The notes under the pieces were generated by a model. That model was not told the origin of the DNA. It searched no databases and saw only the letters and a list, made by a program, of their open reading frames with translations. A DNA stretch of 13,653 nucleotides. Source: Alphaproteobacteria bacterium. GTDB taxonomy: Bacteria > Pseudomonadota > Alphaproteobacteria > UBA7887. Positions 1 to 8,281 of this stretch are shown here, piece after piece. Every line of letters begins with the position of its first letter. Position 1 is the stretch's first letter. The translations under genes and the position numbers were made by a program. Where the stretch lies: the NCBI GenBank assembly GCA_965216755.1, contig CBDCGL010000004.1, forward strand, positions 1-13,653. Direction: 5' to 3'.

Positions 1-38
1 CCTCTCGCGTCCGCGCGTAGGTGGGAATCACCTCTGGA

Positions 39-102
39 GGGAACCGCACTTTGCCATCCTGCGTCGGAGGCGCACGCCTATGCAGGATTCCGCACGGTTC
101 CC
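39..102. repeat. Nested inverted repeat / long interrupted hairpin
   Basis: GGGAACCG (39-46) pairs with CGGTTCCC (95-102); ATCCTGCGT (56-64) with ATGCAGGAT (80-88, one G-U on + strand); AGGC (68-71) with GCCT (76-79) closing a GCAC loop. Function unknown. Confidence 0.6.
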
Positions 103-180
103 AAGTGTAGAATGGGAGGCGTGTCATGAGTAAACTCGCGATGACCCTCTTTGGCATGTGATGCGATGGAGATCAGTGCC

Positions 181-414
181 TCAAATCAAAACGGCCGATT
201 TGGCCATACGGCCTTGATGAGACGTTTTACGAGCATCGACGTCGCTCACATCGCGATAGCGTGTCGGTCGCGGCAATTTCCTCTTCTTCTCGGTGATCAA
301 CTTCGCCCCAGCGTAACGACCGGCGGCGCACGCGTTGTACAACGCGTCAAACCAATGGTTCTGCCGCTGCTGCCGTTCCCAGCGGACGACAATCCCTTTG
401 CCCGCCACGTACTC
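181..414 (-). pseudogene. C-terminal remnant of a phage terminase large subunit (GpA-like, Planctomycete prophage type)
   Basis: Reads EYVAGKGIVVRWERQQRQNHWFDALYNACAAG. NHxxDxxxxAxAA resembles the C-terminal nuclease motif of GpA-type terminases (lambda-type RNEALDCxVYAxAA). In-frame TAG at 415-417 immediately upstream; no N-terminal ATPase domain present. Family assignment from recall. Confidence 0.55.
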
Positions 415-436
415 CTACCCGGCGGTTCACAAACTG

Positions 437-755
437 CCCAGCCGCGATGGCGTTGTTGCTGCGAGGTTCGACACGCACGTTGTATGGCGGGTCCGTGTTG
501 ACGAGGTGTACTGATGCGCCGTCCAGCAAGCGATCGACATGCACAGGGTTGCCGCTATCACCACAGAAGGCGATGGTCGCCCAACAGCCACAGATCGCCA
601 GGCTGCGTGATTGCTTTATCCGGTGGTTCAGGCACCTCATCCGGATCGGTCTGCCCGTCCTTCACACCAGGGTCGAGCAGTCTGTCCAACTCGTCCTGAT
701 CGAAACCAAGCAGGCCGAGGTCATAGTCGCTGGATTGCAACTCGTTCAATTCCAA
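437..755 (-). pseudogene. Internal fragment of a ParB-fused N4/N6 DNA methyltransferase (phage/mobile-element type)
   Basis: Two frames join near 560: [27 protein letters not shown]...PEPPDKAITQPGDLWLLGDHRLL / CGDSGNPVHVDRLLDGASVHLVNTDPPYNVRVEPRSNNAIAAG. GDLWxLGxHRLLCGDS and the catalytic DPPY motif (482-493) are diagnostic. The N-terminal ParB domain and C-terminal SAM-binding (FxGxG) region are both missing. Confidence 0.85.
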
Positions 756-840
756 CGTACTTTGGAGAGATCGTGATGCTCCGAAGGGTTCCCTGTTGGC
801 GGCCGACGGACGCCTTTATTTGCGTAGCGAAGAGAAAGGC
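754..840 (+). pseudogene. Single-repeat fragment of a PQQ-like beta-propeller protein
   Basis: Frame from 754 reads [29 protein letters not shown], matching the W...KGS...ADGxLYxRxExG repeat common in Planctomycete PQQ-binding-like propellers. No start codon, and similarity ends at about 840. Not in the ORF track. Confidence 0.65.
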
Positions 841-1442
841 TTTGGCTCAGCACGGGGGAAGGTTATTTCCCGCGTTACTGCGTGATGACGGTCCGAGCAA
901 ACTAATCGGAAGATCTCTGTAGGACAACCGACCGGTCCCGCGTTAGTACAGATGCCGAGCACTCCGCTCTCTGGTCCGATGCATTACCGGCGCACGAGAT
1001 GAGCGACTGCAAATCTTGTGAAGGGCGAGGTCTCGGCCGCAGCGGCCGGGCTGCACTCCCTGGTCGCTGACTACCCAATCCTCAAGGTGGCTCGGCCGCG
1101 AGTCGGCAACCGCGCCAAGGTTAGAACCGGCTCGCGGCTGATGCCCCGTCTACATCCTGAGATAAAATGCCGAGTGAAGGACGGCCGTGTTTCCCACGGA
1201 AAGCCGCCGTGGTGTAAAGCAGGGAACATTCGCAAACTCTCCGAAGAAACTACCGCGAGTACCAAGGCGTTCCGGCTCTCCAGATACCTGAACTCATCCA
1301 GGCGTAGAGTTGGCTTTCTGGTCACAGCGGCGCGCCCGCCGGGCATCCGTTCTTTCGAGGCGCACGGGAGTATCGCCTACACCATTTTTCTTTGTGTCGG
1401 CGAGCGTGCCGACAGCCGCACACAGGACTTTGAATCACACGG

Positions 1443-4343
1443 TCAACTTTCGTTGGTGGAATAGCCGTCGTTGATCCGTTGCCGCAACTTCTGGCCTTTA
1501 GAGAGCATTTCCTGAGCCGAACTCTGGCTGCGTCTGTCGAGGCGGCCTGCTGGATCATCCAAGAGAGCTTCAAGTTCGCTAGTGAACGTCTCAAGTGTGC
1601 GTTCTGCGTCTTCGGTCTGGCCTAATTTAAACTGCAATTCAGCGAATTCCAATCGGTAACGGGCGAGGAATATCTCATGGTGATGTCCATCGTCCGCGTG
1701 GCGTACGACTAAACGCTGCTTCTCGATAGCCCGTCGATATTGCCTTTCGGCATCTGCCACTCGATCGGAATCCTTCAGCACCTTCGCATACGTATGATGC
1801 AAGCGGGACTTAAGCATTAAGTACTGAGGAATGTTTGGGTGAGTGAGGTCGAGATCGTTGGTGACGTCCAGTGCCGCAAGCAGTTGCTCTTCGGCATTCT
1901 GCCGAAGCTCGGGCGTCCACTCGGTGTTGTGCCAACCCTTCGAGTACAGCTTGCGGAATACGAGGGAGCTGTAGAGATCGCCCAACTCAAAACGATAGTC
2001 CGGAACATCCGGGAATTCGCTGACCAGCCGTTCCAAAATGTCAATCGCCTCCTGAGAACTGGCCAAGCTGTCAGATCCTTTTCGAAACTGTTCTGACTTG
2101 GTGCGATAACACCGAGCAAGTAGGAAACTATACTCGGGAGTGTTGGGTTGGCGCTGTACCAATGATGTCAGCAGGGTTTCGGCGTCAGCAAGAAGATACT
2201 GATGCTCGTCGTTCATGACCTCTCCATGGTCCTTCTTCTTATGTTTGTTTTTCCATAGGCAGCGTCGCTCGGCCATGTAGAGCAAATGCAGCGATCGAGC
2301 CAGTTCAAATTGCGCGTCGTCCGTCTGTTGATTGGATTCGAGCAATTGCTTGGATCGACGATGAGCGTCGACGGCTTCGTCATGCCGGCGAGTTTGTCCG
2401 AGGACGATGCCCATACGGTTATGAATCCGAGCTAATTCTAGATCCAGCGACGACTTGTTCGGGATAACGCCTCGCGCTTCACGGAGCCGATCAATACCTC
2501 GTTGATATGCACCGAGGGCCTTGTCCGCTTCACCAAGACGATAATGGATGTCGCCGACACGGCGGTTGGCCACGATGGACTTGATCAGAACGTCCTGGTT
2601 TCCTTCCGATTGCAGAGACAGTTGATCGTAAAACTCAAGGAGACTTTCTAGTAGCTGGGCAACTCTCGGCGATAGCGGCAATTGGCTTGTCACCACGAGA
2701 GGCTCTTCTTGATCCACCTCAGTCGTTGTCTCTTCTTGGAGACTGACCGGCTCTGGTGCAAACTGCGTGTAGATTTGTTCCAGTGCCTGGACCGCAGCCC
2801 GTGACGTCAACTCAGCCCGCTGGCGCTGAGCCGATTCGCGGACATAACCGAACGTAATGCCCGCGACGGCCAGGATCAACGAGCAGGCTGCGAACGCCGT
2901 CAAACCTGCGACCACGGGATTGCGACGACACCAGCGAATCAGTAACTCGGAAGCTCGAGTCCGCCGCGCAAGAATCGGGCGATCATCCAAAAAACGCTCC
3001 AGATCCGTTGCCAGCTCTTGGGCCGATTCGTATCGATCTTCGGGATCTTTGGCAGCCGCTTTCATCACGATCGTTTCAAGATCCCGTGGAATCGTCGAAT
3101 TGCGGCGACGCGGAGGTATTAACTCGTCCTTAGTAACTCGATGCATGAGTGCAACTCGGTCGCTCCCACCAAACGCCCGGTCAAAAGTCAGCATCTCGTA
3201 AAGCGTCAGGCCCAGGCTATAGATATCGCAACGCTGGTCGCCGTCACCTTTAAATCGCTCTGGGGCCATGTAGCTGAGTGTTCCAACAACGTCTCCTGTC
3301 CACGTGACGTTGTTATGTTCGACCGCTTTGGCCAGGCCAAAGTCGGCTACCCACACGACGCCATGCTCGTCGAGCAAGAGATTGGCGGGTTTGATGTCCC
3401 GGTGAAGCGTACCATCGGCATGCGCGTACTGGAGTGCCTTGGCCGCCTGCAATCCGATGCGTGCCACGTTCCTCCAGTACTCACCGTGAATACGTCTCGC
3501 GGCGACTTCCGCCATCGGATTCTGCCGGTCGGCTGTTGTTTGAGTTACCTGCGCGGATTCTTCCAATGGGTCTATCGTTGTTGTCGTGAATTCACCGACG
3601 TTGTTGCGCAATCTGAAGTCCACAGCGCGCAGATCAGACAGATCACACTTTGTGTCCGACAACATGCCGGCAAGCGTTTCCGCATCGAGCTTGCCTGTCA
3701 GTAGCGCAGCGGCATTGCGATTGGCCAGCAGGCTCCTTGCACTACTCGGCGACTTGTCATGTTCCGTAACATCTATTTGCAGCACAAGGCGGCGCAATTC
3801 CTCAAGGATCTCATCAAGGCCCACGCCTTTGATGAATTGCATGACGATGTAGTGCAATCCGTCCTGCTCACCGACACCGAAAACGGGAACGATATTCGTA
3901 TGGTGGAGCTTTGCGGCGGTCTGAGCTTCACGGTGGAAGCGTTGGACGTCACGTTCACTTCGGAGTGCTTGTTTGGGCAACACTTTCACGGCAACGCGGC
4001 GCCCTAGCGTTACCTGCTCCGCCTCGTAGACGATGCCCATGCCACCCCGGCCGATCTCTGCAATGACCTTGTAGTCACCCAGTTGTGCGTCGGGGCAGCC
4101 ACTGAGCGGAGCCGTCGGTTGAGTCCGCTGCTGCAGACCTTCCATCGCCGCTACCGTCGGAAACACATCACGGATTTCGTCCGCCAGTTGCGGATGCATT
4201 GAGGCATAGTCCTCGACGGAAAGCGATTCGCCGCGCCGCAAGCCATCGATGTACTCGGAAGCCAGTTCCTCCAGCGGTTCGCGCGAATCGTCCTGGTCGC
4301 TCATAACGCGTGCTTCATCGTTCGAGCGTTGCGGATCAGACAT
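1443..4343 (-). CDS. Membrane-anchored Hanks-type Ser/Thr protein kinase with C-terminal TPR-like region (about 966 aa)
   Basis: All kinase motifs present: IGRGGMGIVY, VAVK, HTNIVPVF, HRDIKPANLLL, DFGLAK, GTLSYMAPE, DIYSLGLTLYEMLT. Planctomycete N-terminal motif (EYIDGLRRGESLSVEDYASMHPQLADEI). TM helix PVVAGLTAFAACSLILAVAGITFGYV, then helical TPR-like repeats. Start moved to ATG 4343 because GGAGG (4350-4354) lies 6 nt upstream. Confidence 0.95.
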   Translation of the reverse strand: MSDPQRSNDEARVMSDQDDSREPLEELASEYIDGLRRGESLSVEDYASMHPQLADEIRDVFPTVAAMEGLQQRTQPTAPLSGCPDAQLGDYKVIAEIGRGGMGIVYEAEQVTLGRRVAVKVLPKQALRSERDVQRFHREAQTAAKLHHTNIVPVFGVGEQDGLHYIVMQFIKGVGLDEILEELRRLVLQIDVTEHDKSPSSARSLLANRNAAALLTGKLDAETLAGMLSDTKCDLSDLRAVDFRLRNNVGEFTTTTIDPLEESAQVTQTTADRQNPMAEVAARRIHGEYWRNVARIGLQAAKALQYAHADGTLHRDIKPANLLLDEHGVVWVADFGLAKAVEHNNVTWTGDVVGTLSYMAPERFKGDGDQRCDIYSLGLTLYEMLTFDRAFGGSDRVALMHRVTKDELIPPRRRNSTIPRDLETIVMKAAAKDPEDRYESAQELATDLERFLDDRPILARRTRASELLIRWCRRNPVVAGLTAFAACSLILAVAGITFGYVRESAQRQRAELTSRAAVQALEQIYTQFAPEPVSLQEETTTEVDQEEPLVVTSQLPLSPRVAQLLESLLEFYDQLSLQSEGNQDVLIKSIVANRRVGDIHYRLGEADKALGAYQRGIDRLREARGVIPNKSSLDLELARIHNRMGIVLGQTRRHDEAVDAHRRSKQLLESNQQTDDAQFELARSLHLLYMAERRCLWKNKHKKKDHGEVMNDEHQYLLADAETLLTSLVQRQPNTPEYSFLLARCYRTKSEQFRKGSDSLASSQEAIDILERLVSEFPDVPDYRFELGDLYSSLVFRKLYSKGWHNTEWTPELRQNAEEQLLAALDVTNDLDLTHPNIPQYLMLKSRLHHTYAKVLKDSDRVADAERQYRRAIEKQRLVVRHADDGHHHEIFLARYRLEFAELQFKLGQTEDAERTLETFTSELEALLDDPAGRLDRRSQSSAQEMLSKGQKLRQRINDGYSTNES

Positions 4344-4370
4344 ATTTGGCCTCCACCTCAAATTCTGGCG

Positions 4371-5003
4371 CTACTGGGATTGTTCAAATCCCGGGGTCTC
4401 CGCCAGCTTTTTCTTCAGTCGCTTGATTGCGCGAATGTATCGAATACTAGCCGCCTTATGCTTGATCTGGAGAACTTCGGCAACCTCTTGATTTGTGAGC
4501 TGTTCGAAGTGTCGTAGTGTCAGCACTTCTCGATCCATTTCATCCATTTCCTCTACGACTCGCTGAAGGCGCTCTGCCATTTCGTCACGCATCACGGCGT
4601 TGCTGGGTGAAGTCAGATCACCCAGCAGCTGCAATGCTAGTGACGTCGACGCTGATGCTTTGCGGCGATGTATGGACACATCGAGCTTCGCGTTTCGACG
4701 TTGGGCGCCTAGGTGCCGACGATGCACGTTGATCATCGTCTGGCCGACGATCATCCGTAACCAAACATAAAACGACCCCGAATGCTCATCGACGTATTGA
4801 TCGACTCGCTGGGCCGCGTCAATGAAAGCCTCTTGCAGGATGTCATCCGCATCAACACGTGTAGCCAAATGTGTGTCCAGTCGCAGGTTGACCATCCTCA
4901 ACAAGCGTTCTCGGTGCTGCAGAAACAACTTGGCCAGGGCTTCATTGTCGCCGTTGCGAAGTCTCTGCAACAACTCACCGGAATCGGAATTCAAATCGGC
5001 CAT
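4371..5003 (-). CDS. ECF RNA polymerase sigma-70 factor, Planctomycete-specific kinase-associated type
   Basis: Region 2 (LFLQHRERLLRMVNLRLD...RVDADDILQEAF...FYVWLRMI), linker TSPS motif, region 4 (DREVLTLRHFEQLTNQEVAEVL...RYIRAIKRLK). Stop lies 27 nt before the kinase start, so the two are likely co-transcribed. Confidence 0.95.
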   Translation of the reverse strand: MADLNSDSGELLQRLRNGDNEALAKLFLQHRERLLRMVNLRLDTHLATRVDADDILQEAFIDAAQRVDQYVDEHSGSFYVWLRMIVGQTMINVHRRHLGAQRRNAKLDVSIHRRKASASTSLALQLLGDLTSPSNAVMRDEMAERLQRVVEEMDEMDREVLTLRHFEQLTNQEVAEVLQIKHKAASIRYIRAIKRLKKKLAETPGFEQSQ

Positions 5004-5027
5004 TGATGCATTAATAGTCTCTAACGC

Positions 5028-5054
5028 AGAGACTTGGGATAGGCTACAGGTTTC
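5028..5054 (-). promoter_or_regulatory. Candidate ECF-type (auto)promoter upstream of the sigma gene
   Basis: Minus strand GAAACC-N15-GTCTCT resembles the general ECF -35 (GAAC/AAC) and -10 (GTC/TCT) layout. The -10 overlaps the inverted repeat AGTCTCT-N5-AGAGACT (5016-5034). Pattern match only. Confidence 0.3.
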
Positions 5055-5066
5055 AAGTAAGCGTTT

Positions 5067-6949
5067 TCATTCGGTCGGGGCAGCTGCCGTGTTCCGCATC
5101 TTTTGACGTGACAGCATCGACATGCCGTCACCCAAGTAAAAACTCGGATGGGGTGGTTTGTTATAGACAACATTTTGCCACGCAACACTCAAGCGGTATT
5201 GCCGATCGTGCATTAGGGTGCAGAGCCGATGGTCGGTCTCGATCGTAGACGTGTACAACCTCAAGGATCGGCCATCAGGAGAAGTCATCAGCAACTCCTC
5301 ACGCCAGTCGCCGATCAAATCAGCCACCAGGTTCGGACCACGGCGACCTCCAATGGCACGTGTGTCCAGCAGCATAGTCTCGCGCCCCTCCTGCCAATCC
5401 CACTTCGTGATCGAGTTGCGCGAAAGCAATTCGCGTAGCAGGTCGCCATCCCACCAGATCGCAAATCCGGTCGTACGAGGACTTGGCCCAATCTGCTCTC
5501 CCTTTCGCGTTTCGCAATCCGCCCGGACCGCCCCATAGCTCATGACCACGGTGCCGAGGGTCAATATCGGCGGCAAGTCCCCCACCGACATCAATACCCG
5601 GACTATGACTCCAGAGGAATCTCGCCGGTACGTGCGTTGCGGAGCGCAGCGCCAGGTGTGTTGAAGCGGATGGTTTGTCCCTCGTTTTCCTGGACGGTGA
5701 AGACTTCGAGCCCGGCGCGATCGGGATCAATGTCGGTGACGTGCATTGCGTCTCCATGCCGTAGACCCGTTGTGTAGAGCCCCTGTCCGTCGTCGTCAAT
5801 GACCATTGCTTGATAGACAATCTCGTCTCGCCCGTCATCATCGACATCAGCGACCGACAGCGAATGGCCTCCCATGCCAGAGTATGGCGACGCATCTTCG
5901 AACGGAGGATAAGCTGATTCCGGAATCGAACCTCCAACGCTGTGTCAACTTGTCATCGCGCCAGTCCCAGGCCACTAATACCGTACGACCATAGACACCA
6001 CGACACATGACGACGCTTGGTCGTGCTCCATCCAAGTAGGCGACACACGCCAGAAAACGATCGCAGCGATTTCCATAGTTGTCGTTGCCGCCGTTGCCGC
6101 CGATACCTCCCCAGCCATCAATGGGTTCGCGGCTCGGGACATAGTCAACCGTCTTCAGCGCCGCGCCGGTCAGTCCATCGAAGATCGTGAAATACTCAGG
6201 GCCGTCAAGAATGCGCCCGTACCGTCGATCGAGTCGATCCTTATTGCGATAGTCTTTGGTGGCATCGCCGATAACAATTCCTTTGCCATCCACAGTACCG
6301 TCAGCGGTTTTGCACGCCACCTCCGAACGACCATCTCCATCCAGGTCGTAGACCATAAACTGCGTGTAGTGTTCACCCTCGCGAATGTTCTTGCCCAGGT
6401 CGATCCGCCACAAGTGTTTTCCGTCAAGCGTATAGGCATCCAGAATTGGCGTACCAGTGATACCTGCGTGGGAGTTGTCTCTGGGACGAGAAACCCTGAA
6501 TGCAGAACGATTTCGTACCTGCCATCGCCATCAAGGTCACCGACGGACGCGTCGCCTGGAAGATAGCCGTCAATTGGCTGAATCGGGATCTCTAAGTAGT
6601 TGTTCGGCCAGACAACAACAGCTCGCGATCGGTCCTGCTCTACTTCGCCCTTCGCTGCACGCACGAAATAGCGATCACCGCGAGCCGCGCGTGCCGCCTT
6701 GTGCATGAAGCTCGTGGCGCCAGTGAGCGGTTTCTCGTTTAACTTGACGGTTTCGTCGTCGCCTACACGGTAGACGTTAAACGCCACGCGATCGGTCTCA
6801 TGGCCCAAAAGACGCCAACTGAGGAACACACCATCATCGGCACGCTGGACAGCAACAAGGCCTCGATCCAGAGACTCCATCTGCCACTCCGCGGCGCTGC
6901 CACTTCCAACCAGCGATATCGCGAGAAGCGTACAGCGTAGCGGCATCAT
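5067..6949 (-). CDS. Secreted rhamnogalacturonan lyase, polysaccharide lyase family 11 (YesW/YesX-like); frameshifted in this sequence
   Basis: Signal peptide then QMESLDRGLVAV, VFLSWRLLG, GDASVGDLDGDGRYEIV, RDNSHAGITG, LWRIDLGKNIREGEHYTQFMVYDLDGDG, DRFLACVAYLDG, VMCRGVY, HSLSVADVDDDGRDEIVY, HGDAMH, AIWWDGDLLRELL, GDWREE, TLMHDRQYRLSVAWQNVVYNKPPHPSFYLG. Frame breaks near 6500, 5910, 5617 and 5500 are each repairable by indels in short homopolymers; probably sequencing errors, but pseudogenisation is not excluded. Confidence 0.92.
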
Positions 6950-7089
6950 GATTCTCGCACTCGGCCTGAAAACGGATACGTGGAAAACGTCGACAGAATC
7001 CCACTAGTGTTAACGCAGAATCGGGTGAAGGTTCTACCAGCGCCACCGGGTATTCCTGAGGATTTCTGAACCCTGGAAAATGGAAGGGG

Positions 7090-7127
7090 CATCGGTTAAT
7101 CTCCCAATCATCGGTTAGTCTCCCAAT
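7090..7127. repeat. Tandem 19-bp direct repeat (2 copies, 1 mismatch)
   Basis: CATCGGTTAATCTCCCAAT (7090-7108) followed directly by CATCGGTTAGTCTCCCAAT (7109-7127), in the divergent intergenic region. Confidence 0.9.
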
Positions 7128-7312
7128 ATTCCTGGCCAATGTCCGCGATAACTGGTTGGTGGCGACCGTTGGGTGGCGAGCGGCCAACGCCGTAGTCGAG
7201 TGGCACCAAGCCGTGGAAATTTGGCGTCATCGATTAGAGTAATCGCACGTTGCAAATCCTGTCTGATGACGCACCATCGTCAAGTCCACACGAAACCCAT
7301 AAGGAGGTTACC

Positions 7313-8221
7313 ATGTCCAATCCGGGCTCTCAGGATGCCACTGAACCTCGCCCGATACCTCAAGAAGCGTTTGATTGGTATGACGAGTATGCCCATGGGC
7401 TGATCGACCGCCGAACGTTTTTGGATCGATTATCGACTCTTTCGGCGGCTGGTTTCACCATGGGCATGCTGCTGCCGGCTCTGACGCCTGATTATTCACT
7501 GGCCGAGCAGGTCTCGTTTAACGATCCCGACATCAAAGCTCAATACGCGACGTTTGCTTCTCCGAAAGGCCACGGTGCAGGACGAGGCTATCTCGTCACT
7601 CCCACAAAGCTGGAAGGCAAAGGTCCTTCGGTCTTAGTCATCCATGAAAACCGAGGCCTCAACCCCTACATCAAGGATGTCGCGCGTCGGCTGGCCAAGC
7701 TGGTTTTGTTGCCTTTGCGCCAGATGCGCTGCATCCCTTGGGTGGGTATCCCGGCAATGATGATGAAGGCCGGTCAATGCAGCGATCGTTGGATCGGGGC
7801 AAAGATCGAACAGGATTTCATTGCCGCAGCCGGTTTTCTGAAATCTCACGAGACGAGTGATGGAAAACTGGGCGCCGTTGGATTCTGCTTCGGTGGATAC
7901 ATCGTCAATATGTTGGCCGCGACTATGGGCGACCAATTGAATGCCGGAGTTCCCTTTTATGGCACGCCAGCAGCCAAAGAACTCCGCAAGAACATCACTG
8001 CCCCATTGCTGATCCAACTCGCTGAACTGGACCGACGTGTGAATAGCACTTGGGAGGAATACGAAGAAGATCTCGAGGCGAACAACGTTGAGTTCACCAT
8101 GCACATGTATCCGAAAGCCAATCACGGCTTTCACAACGATTCAACGGGCCGTTATGACGAAGAGATGGCCGAACTGGCTTGGAAACGGACGATCGAGTTC
8201 TTCAACAAGCATCTACAATAG
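7313..8221 (+). CDS. yghX: Dienelactone hydrolase family protein (YghX-like) with twin-arginine-like N-terminus
   Basis: AAGGAGG RBS at 7301-7307, ATG 7313. [20 protein letters not shown]-terminus typical of YghX; [16 protein letters not shown]; nucleophile motif GFCFGG; HGFHNDST. Segment 7697-7799 is out of frame between two compensating indels. Confidence 0.9.
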   Translation: MSNPGSQDATEPRPIPQEAFDWYDEYAHGLIDRRTFLDRLSTLSAAGFTMGMLLPALTPDYSLAEQVSFNDPDIKAQYATFASPKGHGAGRGYLVTPTKLEGKGPSVLVIHENRGLNPYIKDVARRLAKLVLLPLRQMRCIPWVGIPAMMMKAGQCSDRWIGAKIEQDFIAAAGFLKSHETSDGKLGAVGFCFGGYIVNMLAATMGDQLNAGVPFYGTPAAKELRKNITAPLLIQLAELDRRVNSTWEEYEEDLEANNVEFTMHMYPKANHGFHNDSTGRYDEEMAELAWKRTIEFFNKHLQ

Positions 8222-8281
8222 ATACACATCTTGTATTCTCAGCACCCTCAGTAGTAATAGCTCAGCAAACGAGACCCCGGG

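Noticed and set aside
15-102. Resemblance of the - strand (GAACCGTGCG...GTGCGGTTC...CCTAC) to group II intron domains V/VI
   Set aside because: The catalytic triad would be AAC rather than AGC/CGC, the stem is far longer than the roughly 34-nt domain V, and no reverse transcriptase or other intron domains are nearby.
1385-1414. Hairpin TGTCGGC-N6-GCCGACA with adjacent T-run as kinase terminator
   Set aside because: The T-run lies 5' of the hairpin on the + strand, so neither strand gives hairpin followed by a U-tract. It is not a canonical intrinsic terminator.
1018-1464. 148-aa + strand ORF and overlapping 91-aa/90-aa - strand ORFs
   Set aside because: No recognisable motifs or RBS, atypical composition, and overlap with the kinase stop. 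The IS1 InsA-like hint lacks the paired CxxC motifs.
4344-4361. ORF-track kinase start at TTG 4361
   Set aside because: This stretch contains the GGAGG ribosome-binding site for ATG 4343, which is the better start.
1817-5106. Numerous short ORFs antisense to or out of frame within the kinase and sigma genes
   Set aside because: Shadow ORFs expected in GC-rich coding DNA; no independent motifs.
7090-7127. CRISPR array or iteron cluster
   Set aside because: Only two copies, no spacer, and no cas or rep gene in the window.
7250-7312. N-terminal extension of yghX from TTG 7250
   Set aside because: A strong AAGGAGG at 7301-7307 points to ATG 7313.
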